Virus record (IMG/VR): IMGVR_UViG_3300045974_000132
Span: 62,001-126,000 of that record
Strand: one strand, 5' to 3'
Length of the DNA stretch: 64,000 nt
Within the stretch, counting starts at the first letter, position 1. Every line of letters starts with the position of its first letter. Below are positions 38,674 through 47,000 of this stretch, one piece after another. The notes below the pieces were generated by a model. It searched no databases, was not told the DNA's origin, and saw only the letters and a program-made list of their open reading frames with translations. Made by a program: the position numbers and the translations under genes.

Positions 38674-39810
38674 TTACAGCTTTCTAGGATCGAGCAAGTG
38701 TGGGCCAATAGCGGACACAAAAGCAGGCGTGTTAACAACCGAGCATTCAAAGCCCTTTGCATCATGGCACTTACGGAAAGCCAAACGTCCATCTGCTTGC
38801 TTATACGTAGGACGACCCATTTGGGTATGCTTGCAAGGGGATAAGTTAATACCCTTACCGACTACTTGGTTGCAGATAGAACACGAATACGAGGTATAGT
38901 AGAAGCCTACTGAATACGCATTCTGCTGACGGGTAAGGATTTGATCTACGAGTAAGCTATCCTTAGTACGGTCAAACGCCATAAGAAGAACAATCTTGTA
39001 GTAATTCGGATTGAACTTAATAGGACGTAAGAATGACTCAAGAATTACACCCTTGGCTTTCAACAGATTCTTGTTGTCGTGTTCCTGGTGGGTAGGCTGA
39101 CCCTTGAAGGTCTTGTACATCTGCATACCGTATTCAGGTTTGAACGACAGCATTTCCCTCAGTGAAAGTGAATCACCGTTGGTGTTGGGTAATCCGCTGA
39201 AGATTGCAGGTATAGGGACAAGAATATAATCCCTAATATCGCGGCTAATATCGTAATGCTCCGCAGCATACGGAAGCCAGTAGTTGCAATCGAGGATACG
39301 CTCAGAGTGCCCAGTGCCAGAAATCTGGGCCGAAAGTGGTAGTTCATTTGTGCCTTGTGCTAGTTTATCTAATGGTATGGGATTAAGGCCTAAACCAAAG
39401 CTTTGACTCAGCATCCCTGTAGAGGAACTAGCTAAAGCCAGTTTGTCTAAACTCCTACATAATGAAGTATCAATCCCACCTTTAATAGCGTTAGGATTTT
39501 GACCATCACTAAGAAGAGGATATCCTGTACCTGGGTTACCTGCGCCTAAGTAGGGCACGCTGGGATCATAATGCCCATGCGGTACATCAGCATTAGGATT
39601 GATAGGTTCTTCTGAGCCAATCTCACCAACATCTTCAGGATTGGCTACTTGGTCAAGTTGCTTGAACTCAAAGTAGTCACCAATTTGGGTAAGAACACCG
39701 ACAGGATTACCTTGGAAAGCAACAGTCGTAAACTTGGAATTACTTTGCGGCATTAAAGAGTAACTATTACTCTTTGCCCACGTATGCGGGTCTTGAATTT
39801 GAACAGTCAT
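38674..39810 (-). CDS. prohead maturation protease (HK97/assemblin-type fold)
   Basis: PNTNGD, THQEHD (His), KGVI, YSVG (Ser), CSIC/C.H zinc insert, FECSVVNTPA. Confidence 0.7.
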   Translation of the reverse strand: MTVQIQDPHTWAKSNSYSLMPQSNSKFTTVAFQGNPVGVLTQIGDYFEFKQLDQVANPEDVGEIGSEEPINPNADVPHGHYDPSVPYLGAGNPGTGYPLLSDGQNPNAIKGGIDTSLCRSLDKLALASSSTGMLSQSFGLGLNPIPLDKLAQGTNELPLSAQISGTGHSERILDCNYWLPYAAEHYDISRDIRDYILVPIPAIFSGLPNTNGDSLSLREMLSFKPEYGMQMYKTFKGQPTHQEHDNKNLLKAKGVILESFLRPIKFNPNYYKIVLLMAFDRTKDSLLVDQILTRQQNAYSVGFYYTSYSCSICNQVVGKGINLSPCKHTQMGRPTYKQADGRLAFRKCHDAKGFECSVVNTPAFVSAIGPHLLDPRKL

Positions 39811-39842
39811 AGTACTTCCTTAATATAGGTCTTGCACATAAA

Positions 39843-40127
39843 TTAGCAAACCTCGTATTTATACTGTATGGAAATACCGTCAGGCGATCCTGACATGATA
39901 TGACCATCATACGCTCGGAAGTTATGTAGTGTTAGATTGCGCAACCAACCAATTTCAAGCTGTGACTTATCAAGCTCTGGGAAATTAGTTAGGTATAAAC
40001 GGGCACACCCTTTCTCAGGTATGTCAACGATTAGCTTTTCAGGGCGGCTTTTGAATTGTTGAAGTAAGGGATGCTCAAGAAACTCATCCCTTAGCTCTGC
40101 TATTATTTTAGGGGTCGGGAAGGCCAT
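39843..40127 (-). CDS. hypothetical protein
   Basis: ORF with AAGGA RBS. Confidence 0.6.
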   Translation of the reverse strand: MAFPTPKIIAELRDEFLEHPLLQQFKSRPEKLIVDIPEKGCARLYLTNFPELDKSQLEIGWLRNLTLHNFRAYDGHIMSGSPDGISIQYKYEVC

Positions 40128-40135
40128 TACAATCC

Positions 40136-41761
40136 TTAAATCTTAGGTATCCACTTCGGAACACGCAAGCCTAGGTTGTCAAAGAACTCTTTGAGAACGT
40201 TCGGTGAGATATACGCATTGATTGCAGTCATACCTGTAAGCTTCTGATTCTCACCGCTACCTACACGGTGATGAAGCATTTCGCCTACTTGCTTCATTTC
40301 CTCTTTAATCCATTTCTCAACACTGGCTTGACTAGGATGTTCAGACTTCTTGAAAGGCGCGCCGCTAAGAATCTTCAACGCGAGTTTAGTACCAGCTAAG
40401 TGGCGGAACTTATGAATCGTGATACCTGTAGGAACACCCAGGCTCTTCAGATACGCATTGACAGGAGCTGCACCTAGAGGCTTACTACGATTGGTGAACA
40501 CAACGTCAGTCGGCTTCTTACCCTTGATAAGTTCCCTGATGATTGCAATCACCTTACGGTTTGTTGCAGTCGTACCTAGTAAGATGTGATGCTGCTCAGT
40601 ACCCTTCTTACCAGTGTATTTGAATTCAAAGCCCTTGCTGATAGGAAGTAACTGCTTTACCAACAGCGTACTCATACCGTAACGATCTTCGCCTTCCATG
40701 TTCTTGCTATCACCGCCGATACGAGCTTGGGTTTGATAGATTGCTTCAACCAGAGCAGCAAGCACTTGGGTACGCGTATCAAGCGAGTCAAGATCCTTCA
40801 CCCACTTAGTACGGAACTTATCAACTTCCTTCATGAAGGAAGAGACTTTATCAAATCGTGCAGCTTTATTGCCTGAAGTAAATGCAACGGTACGAAGACG
40901 CTGTGCGACATTACCTACTAATGAACAAACATAGGTATTATCAGTCAAAGGGTCATACTTCGGGTTCATCTTCACTTCGCCGATAAGCATACCTGCAATT
41001 TGCTTGCCTGCTGTCGTGTATAAGCGGCCTTGTTCGTCAATGCTCCCTATAAAGCCTCTAGGGATGTAATTGCAACCTAAGGTATCTAGGTATTTACGAA
41101 CAATCTTAACGTCGATAAACGGCTTACCTGACGACCGGATGAACTTGAATAGATACTTCTTATAGTTGGCTACGAAGACTTTACGCAGTTCACTATAGCG
41201 TTCAACCAGTTTAACCTTACCCGGAAGCTCACGGAAGTCACGCATTTCATTGAGAGTCAGAATAGGATCATTCCGACGCCCAGTGAGTTGCAGTACCAAC
41301 TTAATCATTCCGCCTTCAGTAGCTTTATCACCTACTGCTGCTTCAACCTCTTCATCATCTGGAACGAAGTTTGTTGCAAGCTTTGAATCACCGGTGACTG
41401 CATAGATATTACGCGTGATGCGATTCCAGGCAGGCTCACTATCCTTACGATAGTACAGAAGGCAATCTTTAATCATCGCCAACTGTTCTTGGGAGATAGA
41501 AGTATCTGCTTGGAAATCAGCAACAGCTTCTTTCAGCCGGGCACTTGCATCTGCACCATCGTTCACCGTAAACTCCATGCGTGAGCGAATGAAGTTGTTG
41601 GTGATAGTAGTGAAGTCACGCAAGATTCCGAACTTCTTCAGAAAGGGTTGTGAAGCACTCACCCATTGCGTGAATTGAGCCTTTAGCGGCAACACATCTT
41701 TTTCTGTAAGGCTGAGAGCCATAACAGCCAAGCATTTAGTAAAGTTAATAACTGGATTCAT
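40136..41761 (-). CDS. DNA topoisomerase IB
   Basis: ARIG (Arg), YGMSTL, YTGKKG (Lys), VNAYLK, HKFRH (Arg), AINAYI (catalytic Tyr). Confidence 0.85.
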   Translation of the reverse strand: MNPVINFTKCLAVMALSLTEKDVLPLKAQFTQWVSASQPFLKKFGILRDFTTITNNFIRSRMEFTVNDGADASARLKEAVADFQADTSISQEQLAMIKDCLLYYRKDSEPAWNRITRNIYAVTGDSKLATNFVPDDEEVEAAVGDKATEGGMIKLVLQLTGRRNDPILTLNEMRDFRELPGKVKLVERYSELRKVFVANYKKYLFKFIRSSGKPFIDVKIVRKYLDTLGCNYIPRGFIGSIDEQGRLYTTAGKQIAGMLIGEVKMNPKYDPLTDNTYVCSLVGNVAQRLRTVAFTSGNKAARFDKVSSFMKEVDKFRTKWVKDLDSLDTRTQVLAALVEAIYQTQARIGGDSKNMEGEDRYGMSTLLVKQLLPISKGFEFKYTGKKGTEQHHILLGTTATNRKVIAIIRELIKGKKPTDVVFTNRSKPLGAAPVNAYLKSLGVPTGITIHKFRHLAGTKLALKILSGAPFKKSEHPSQASVEKWIKEEMKQVGEMLHHRVGSGENQKLTGMTAINAYISPNVLKEFFDNLGLRVPKWIPKI

Positions 41762-41815
41762 TTGTATCACCGGTATTTGTTATAAGCGTAGAGTGTGTAT
41801 AAATGCTCTTTACAC

Positions 41816-42034
41816 TTATTCAACCTTCGGCTTAGACTTGGAGGCAGAGGCTGCGATTTCATCAACAACCTTATACATCTCCTTCTTGAAGCCCTCAATG
41901 TCCTGATTGACTAACAAATCAGAAACAGTGTTACCCCGATCACCAGCTAGCGCCGTCATAAGCCTAGAAAAGAAGGCACTACGATTAGACTTGTGCGACT
42001 TCTTCTTGCTTGTAGAAATTAATAGGATTGTCAT
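41816..42034 (-). CDS. small basic protein with S-x-S leader
   Basis: Probable start MTILLISTSKK at 42034 with AAAGGA RBS. Confidence 0.6.
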   Translation of the reverse strand: MTILLISTSKKKSHKSNRSAFFSRLMTALAGDRGNTVSDLLVNQDIEGFKKEMYKVVDEIAASASKSKPKVE

Positions 42035-42044
42035 ATAGTTTCCT

Positions 42045-43940
42045 TTATGGGTGCTGGGCGGCTTGCCCAAAACGACGTAGATCAGATACATCAATCATAC
42101 TGCAAATTAAGCCTTCAAAGCCTTCATCGCCTACTAATGCGTGCTTGTAAAATATAACATCGCGCATTTCGTTTAGTTCAAAGTTCCATACCTGTTGTTC
42201 AATAACCGATATAGTGGATTCTAAACTACAGGATATCTCAATATCGTTATCCTTCTGTACTTGAAAGGCTTTTAGAGTGCGTTCTTCTATGCTCTCTAAA
42301 ATAGACTGCTTACTCGGATTTCCTATTGCTTGCTTCCGCACATAGGCAACTAGATCAGCGCGAGTTCTACCTACAAAGTCGGACTTAGATAAACCGTACC
42401 AACGAGCATATAGGTCATTGCACGTTATATACTTTAGGTCTTTGTCTTTGTAGAATACCGGTAGAGGACTGCTATCAAAGATGTGCTGATGGAAACGCTG
42501 TACTGCCCGAATATCTGAAATATTGGTCACTACTGCAACGATACCGTCAAACTTACCATCGACAGACCTAAGCACCGACCTATATACTACTACGTCAAGG
42601 ATGCTCTTTGTTACGCGGTTGTACACTTGAGATTCATACGACTGTGCGGTCTGCCCACTAGTGAGCATTTCAAAATCTTTTTGCCGGTAGAACTCAGTTA
42701 AGATACCAGCATTCTGAAGATCGTATGTAAGTATTTGTTCTCTGGTGCGTCCTACCACTTCATCAATAGGAATTCCTATCAGATTGCAATACTTATCGTT
42801 ACAACCCGCATACTTTAAATCTCGATCTAGGTAGTACACAGGAGCTGGAATACTACTCAACAGTGTTTCCTTAAACCGCTTCATAGACAAGAGGTCTGTC
42901 AGATCAACAAAGGTTGCAAGCACGCCTTTAAACTCTTGCGACTTACTACGCAGGGCTGTGCAATACATCATCACTTCCCGCACTTCCGTATTATCTAAAG
43001 TACGAAAGTCCAACTTGTGTATCTGAATATCCGGAGCATCTTGGTCTTTTAAATCGTCTTCGATGCTATTTATAGTCGATTCCAAGTCTTTAGGAAACAA
43101 GTCTGCATTGGTCTTACCGATGAAGTCCGACGGCTTCTTGTTGATAAACGCATCGAAGGCTTGATTACTACCGATGATCTTAAACGAAGAGTCCTTATAG
43201 AATACCGGATTAGGTAGAGCCGCCAGCAAACTTAGTTGGAACTGCGTCAAGGATTCAACTTCTGATATAGCAGCTACCTGCTCAGAAGTGTCACGAAAGA
43301 TAACAAGGAATATAATGTTGTCTGGGGTTTCACTATCTACATTCAAGATGTTCGCAAACATCTCCGCAGGTAGGATATTGCCGGATCGTGTAACACATGA
43401 AACCGACTTTTTCTTATTCAGGAATTCTGTTGAATTGCCTGTTACGTAGTCCCGGTATAAGTCACGATACTCAACCATCGTAGTAGGCCGCATACTGTCC
43501 ACATATGCGATATACCGTAAAGCTTCCTCTTTAAACAGAACCGCATAGTCCTGTGTAGAATTCGAGATAAGGAAGTTAACGGACTTCCCAATCAAATCTG
43601 TAGAGGTAAATCCAAGGATGCGCTCGGCTGTTTGATTTGTACTAACAATGAAACCGTTAGCATCAATACTGATAAGCGGGTCCATTAAGCTATCTGAAAT
43701 AAGGGATACGCGCATCTTAGCACGTTCCAGTTCAGAGGACATACGAGATACGATCTGTTTAGCTTGGTCACGGGTAGAGTTTATGTCTTCCTGTAATTCA
43801 AGATGGGTTTTATCAATGCGCTCTAAGTCTTCACGACGGAGCATTGGGCGCTGGATATCGCACATAGCCTGGACTACTTGCAGACTTACTGTGGATTCAG
43901 ACGGCTTCTTTTTAAAGATATTATCTAGCCATGCAAACAT
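42045..43940 (-). CDS. multi-PAS protein (coiled coil plus 4 PAS domains, no output domain)
   Basis: Four repeats of P.PVFYKD....N..F..(G)....IG+T...G.......D[ILV][ST]D; protein ends about 10 aa after the last PAS. Confidence 0.85.
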   Translation of the reverse strand: MFAWLDNIFKKKPSESTVSLQVVQAMCDIQRPMLRREDLERIDKTHLELQEDINSTRDQAKQIVSRMSSELERAKMRVSLISDSLMDPLISIDANGFIVSTNQTAERILGFTSTDLIGKSVNFLISNSTQDYAVLFKEEALRYIAYVDSMRPTTMVEYRDLYRDYVTGNSTEFLNKKKSVSCVTRSGNILPAEMFANILNVDSETPDNIIFLVIFRDTSEQVAAISEVESLTQFQLSLLAALPNPVFYKDSSFKIIGSNQAFDAFINKKPSDFIGKTNADLFPKDLESTINSIEDDLKDQDAPDIQIHKLDFRTLDNTEVREVMMYCTALRSKSQEFKGVLATFVDLTDLLSMKRFKETLLSSIPAPVYYLDRDLKYAGCNDKYCNLIGIPIDEVVGRTREQILTYDLQNAGILTEFYRQKDFEMLTSGQTAQSYESQVYNRVTKSILDVVVYRSVLRSVDGKFDGIVAVVTNISDIRAVQRFHQHIFDSSPLPVFYKDKDLKYITCNDLYARWYGLSKSDFVGRTRADLVAYVRKQAIGNPSKQSILESIEERTLKAFQVQKDNDIEISCSLESTISVIEQQVWNFELNEMRDVIFYKHALVGDEGFEGLICSMIDVSDLRRFGQAAQHP

Positions 43941-43942
43941 GA

Positions 43943-44269
43943 TTATACACCACGCTGACTTAAGGCTGAAATGGTACTCAGCACAGCCTTCACTTCATTA
44001 ATAGCTTCGCGGATACTGATTTGACTCTGATGGTATTTTTCAATAATACTTAGTAGCATTTCGCGTTCCTCACCTGTCTTTTGGTTCAAGGACGACTGGA
44101 GCTTTTCCATGGTTTCTTTGTACTCTTTTAGTTCTTCTTTATGCTCTTTCTTGGTTGTATAGTTCTGCCAAGCTAAGTAGCCTATAATGATTAATAGCAA
44201 GGGCATTACTCCGCCGCTATTACCTTGGCCGAGTAGGCTTACTACTAGTTTGTCTAAGAGTTCCATCAT
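43943..44269 (-). CDS. single-pass membrane protein with coiled coil
   Basis: TM segment MPLLLIIIGYLAW followed by a charged heptad region; 2 nt from the PAS gene. Confidence 0.7.
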   Translation of the reverse strand: MMELLDKLVVSLLGQGNSGGVMPLLLIIIGYLAWQNYTTKKEHKEELKEYKETMEKLQSSLNQKTGEEREMLLSIIEKYHQSQISIREAINEVKAVLSTISALSQRGV

Positions 44270-44306
44270 GTTAATTATCCATTCATAGAATTACTGCATT
44301 TCCCTT

Positions 44307-44312
44307 AAATTA
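44307..44312 (-). promoter_or_regulatory. TAATTT candidate promoter for the membrane/PAS pair
   Basis: Lies between the terminator at 44346-44373 and the start at 44269. Confidence 0.45.
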
Positions 44313-44345
44313 GTAACCCACTATTTTTACCGTAAGTACAAATGG

Positions 44346-44373
44346 AAAGAGCTACCCAAAAGGATAGCTCTTT
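44346..44373 (-). terminator. terminator hairpin
   Basis: AAAGAGCTA/TAGCTCTTT inverted repeat. Confidence 0.65.
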
Positions 44374-44382
44374 ATGCACAAC

Positions 44383-44775
44383 TTATTGCGGTTGTTGATT
44401 TGATCTAGGTAGCGCGGTTTCAAGTTCTTGTTGCTGGCGTTGGTATCGACGATATTGAGCATCCTCAATAGGAGATAGGGCGCCACCTTGACCCCGTTTA
44501 GCATCAAGTTCAAACAACTTATCATCAACCAACTGTTTGCGTAACAGAATACCTTGATTTTGAAGTTCCTGCGTTTGCTTTTGAATTATTTGCTGGGTCT
44601 GCTTTTGATAGCTCTCAAAGTCAGCCGCAAGCACATAGCGGGAATCAACTGTAAGGAAGGCTCCGATTATTGCCCCTATAACGCTGATAGAACTAAGGAC
44701 GATCTTAACGGTACGTCCTAGTGCTACCACTTCCTCAGTATCGGATGTATTAGCTTTAGCAACCACGATGTTCAC
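44383..44775 (-). CDS. single-pass membrane protein with Gln-rich coiled coil
   Basis: TM segment IVLSSISVIGAIIGAFLTV followed by a coiled coil; start uncertain. Confidence 0.65.
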   Translation of the reverse strand: MNIVVAKANTSDTEEVVALGRTVKIVLSSISVIGAIIGAFLTVDSRYVLAADFESYQKQTQQIIQKQTQELQNQGILLRKQLVDDKLFELDAKRGQGGALSPIEDAQYRRYQRQQQELETALPRSNQQPQ

Positions 44776-44822
44776 CCAAATATAATGTCTTTGAATAAGT
44801 TGACAACTACCTTACTAGACTT

Positions 44823-45344
44823 CTATAGTTTAACGCCTTTATTCAACCATTGTTTAAACGCATCCCTATTCTCAACATGGCGGGCACGATACCCAATGAA
44901 CTGTAATTGAACAGGGAGTTCTTTAACACCTAACTTCTTTAAAGCAAGAGTACGGGCACGCCCTTCATGTCCTACAAACATTGGTACGCCTTCTTCGTTC
45001 TCAACAAAGAGATCAATGTTAATATCAAGAAAGGGACTTGCAATACTCTCACCTTGCTTCAGAAGATCAACCATCTGATAAGAGTCTCGATCACGCTTAT
45101 CTATGTCCGGTAAGGCATATAATAGAGTGTCGATATTCATAATAGCCATGCAACCCTTGTACAGCACATTTTGGTTGTTGGGCGTATTCCCTAAGCCGTC
45201 TTTATTATCAATGACAAACCATCCGTGCATACCTTTGAGCTTATATACACCTTCAGCATGTTTAAGACTAAACTCAGACAGACGGTCTACATCATCCGGT
45301 GGATATATTCTACCTTCTTTGCTTATGGATATGTAGAGTTCCAT
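44823..45344 (-). CDS. ParB/Srx-like domain protein with S-x-S leader
   Basis: IASPFL...GHEGRART.AL..LG...LPV; starts MELYISISKE. Confidence 0.6.
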   Translation of the reverse strand: MELYISISKEGRIYPPDDVDRLSEFSLKHAEGVYKLKGMHGWFVIDNKDGLGNTPNNQNVLYKGCMAIMNIDTLLYALPDIDKRDRDSYQMVDLLKQGESIASPFLDINIDLFVENEEGVPMFVGHEGRARTLALKKLGVKELPVQLQFIGYRARHVENRDAFKQWLNKGVKL

Positions 45345-45345
45345 A

Positions 45346-46578
45346 TTAATACCTCATTCCATTACGTATGCTGCGCCGCATTGACCTAATGTCCTGCTTG
45401 CGTTCTACATGAGCTACAATCCTCTGCGCTTCCGCTCTAAGGGTTGCAAGCTGGGCTTCTGATACTTCGGTAGGTGGCAATTCATGGAACCACTCATTAG
45501 GAACTATGTCAAAGCGAGAAGAGGTAGCACCTATACGTATAAACGTCCACCGCTTACCGGCCCTGTCATTAGGACATACTATCATACCCTTAATCCAGGT
45601 CTTAGTATCTGGGTGATACCATTGAGCAAGACGCATATTAGAAGGACGGATAGCACGAGTCTCAGCTTTATCCCTAGCAGCTTTAAAGTTCTGCATCTTT
45701 TCTTGAGCAGCTTGTTGCCTCTGTTCAATCTGCTTCTTCTCATCCTCGTCAAAGTATTCCATCTTATTGAACTGAGAATAGCGAGAAGGGGTAAGACCGA
45801 ACTTATACATCCACTTAGCCCATAGAGGACCGTGACCGTTATTACCTTCAGGTGCTGACTTTTCTATGTCTGTAACAGCTTGATGGGCAATTTCATGTAC
45901 GATAGTCGTCAAAGCAACATGTTCCTGGGCTTTTAACAAGCGCGGAGAAACACCCAACTTATGCTGACGCGCATACCATACACCTAGTCTGCTAGTTTTA
46001 GCTCCCATATCCTTAGTAACAATGAAGGAAGGCATGAGCAACTTATTATCGCACTTAGTCTTGTTGACCTTATTCCATACTTCAATCAGATAACCAATTG
46101 CATCGGTGTTGGAGCGAATACGACTAAACCTAAGTGGATTACCGTAAGCTGTAACAAGAGCATGTTCTTCTTTTTCTTTCGGGGTCTCTTTTACTTCTTT
46201 AACCGCAGCAGGTGGAGTAGACGGGCGTTGCTCTTTCTTCAGAACAGGTAGGCGTGTTCCGGTTCTAGCTGCTCTATCTCTAGTAGTGGGTGCCTCTTGT
46301 GCTGCAAATAGCTTCTTAGCCCTAGCAGGCTTTAGTTCATCGGCTCGAGGAGCAACGCGCTTATCAAAGTCATCTTCTGTTATTTTGTATTCGTATGTTA
46401 AACCGCGTTCGGGAGTAACGACATAGACCGCAGTCCTGCCGTCACGATAACCGAAAACATCACCTTTCTTCAATGTCAAAGAACGAGCACCTGCGCTTAG
46501 ATTTAAAGCACGGGTTCCATTGAAGGTAGCAAAGTCATAGCTCTCGAAGTCCTTAGACAAGGATAAAAGGATCTTCAT
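45346..46578 (-). CDS. SprT-like zinc metalloprotease with S-x-S leader
   Basis: TIVHEIAH...GHGPLW..WM; starts MKILLSLSKD. Confidence 0.8.
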   Translation of the reverse strand: MKILLSLSKDFESYDFATFNGTRALNLSAGARSLTLKKGDVFGYRDGRTAVYVVTPERGLTYEYKITEDDFDKRVAPRADELKPARAKKLFAAQEAPTTRDRAARTGTRLPVLKKEQRPSTPPAAVKEVKETPKEKEEHALVTAYGNPLRFSRIRSNTDAIGYLIEVWNKVNKTKCDNKLLMPSFIVTKDMGAKTSRLGVWYARQHKLGVSPRLLKAQEHVALTTIVHEIAHQAVTDIEKSAPEGNNGHGPLWAKWMYKFGLTPSRYSQFNKMEYFDEDEKKQIEQRQQAAQEKMQNFKAARDKAETRAIRPSNMRLAQWYHPDTKTWIKGMIVCPNDRAGKRWTFIRIGATSSRFDIVPNEWFHELPPTEVSEAQLATLRAEAQRIVAHVERKQDIRSMRRSIRNGMRY

Positions 46579-46587
46579 GGTAAACCT

Positions 46588-46992
46588 TTAAAAGTATATT
46601 TTCTTAAAAGCAGGAATGCTGATTGCTTTCATACAGGGTAGTGTAGTACTACCGTCAGGAAGCTTCGCTTTGTAGAATACCTCACCGTCGGCATCAAAGA
46701 TATGTCCAGTAGTTTCAGTATCCACTATTCGATGCTGATGACGATCATACACAACGGCATGAAAAGGATCTTTTACCATATCAAGAAAACCGCCAAATAT
46801 GTAGATCGTCCAGTCGCTACCCCAGTCCTCAAAGTCTTCTGCTTTAAGGTACCAAGCTATAGCCCCATAACAGCTATCCTTCGTGTAGGTTCCCGGTTCA
46901 TGTCCTGGGTTTGTGGATTTAATAGTCTTGGCTATTTTCTGTAGCACTTCTTCGGGTGTCTTACGGCCTGAAACAGATATGTAGAGTTCCAT
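46588..46992 (-). CDS. putative papain/transglutaminase-like Cys-His-Asp protein with S-x-S leader
   Basis: DSCY..A, FHAVV, IVD in catalytic-triad order; starts MELYISVSGR. Confidence 0.45.
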   Translation of the reverse strand: MELYISVSGRKTPEEVLQKIAKTIKSTNPGHEPGTYTKDSCYGAIAWYLKAEDFEDWGSDWTIYIFGGFLDMVKDPFHAVVYDRHQHRIVDTETTGHIFDADGEVFYKAKLPDGSTTLPCMKAISIPAFKKIYF

Positions 46993-47000
46993 ATAACACC

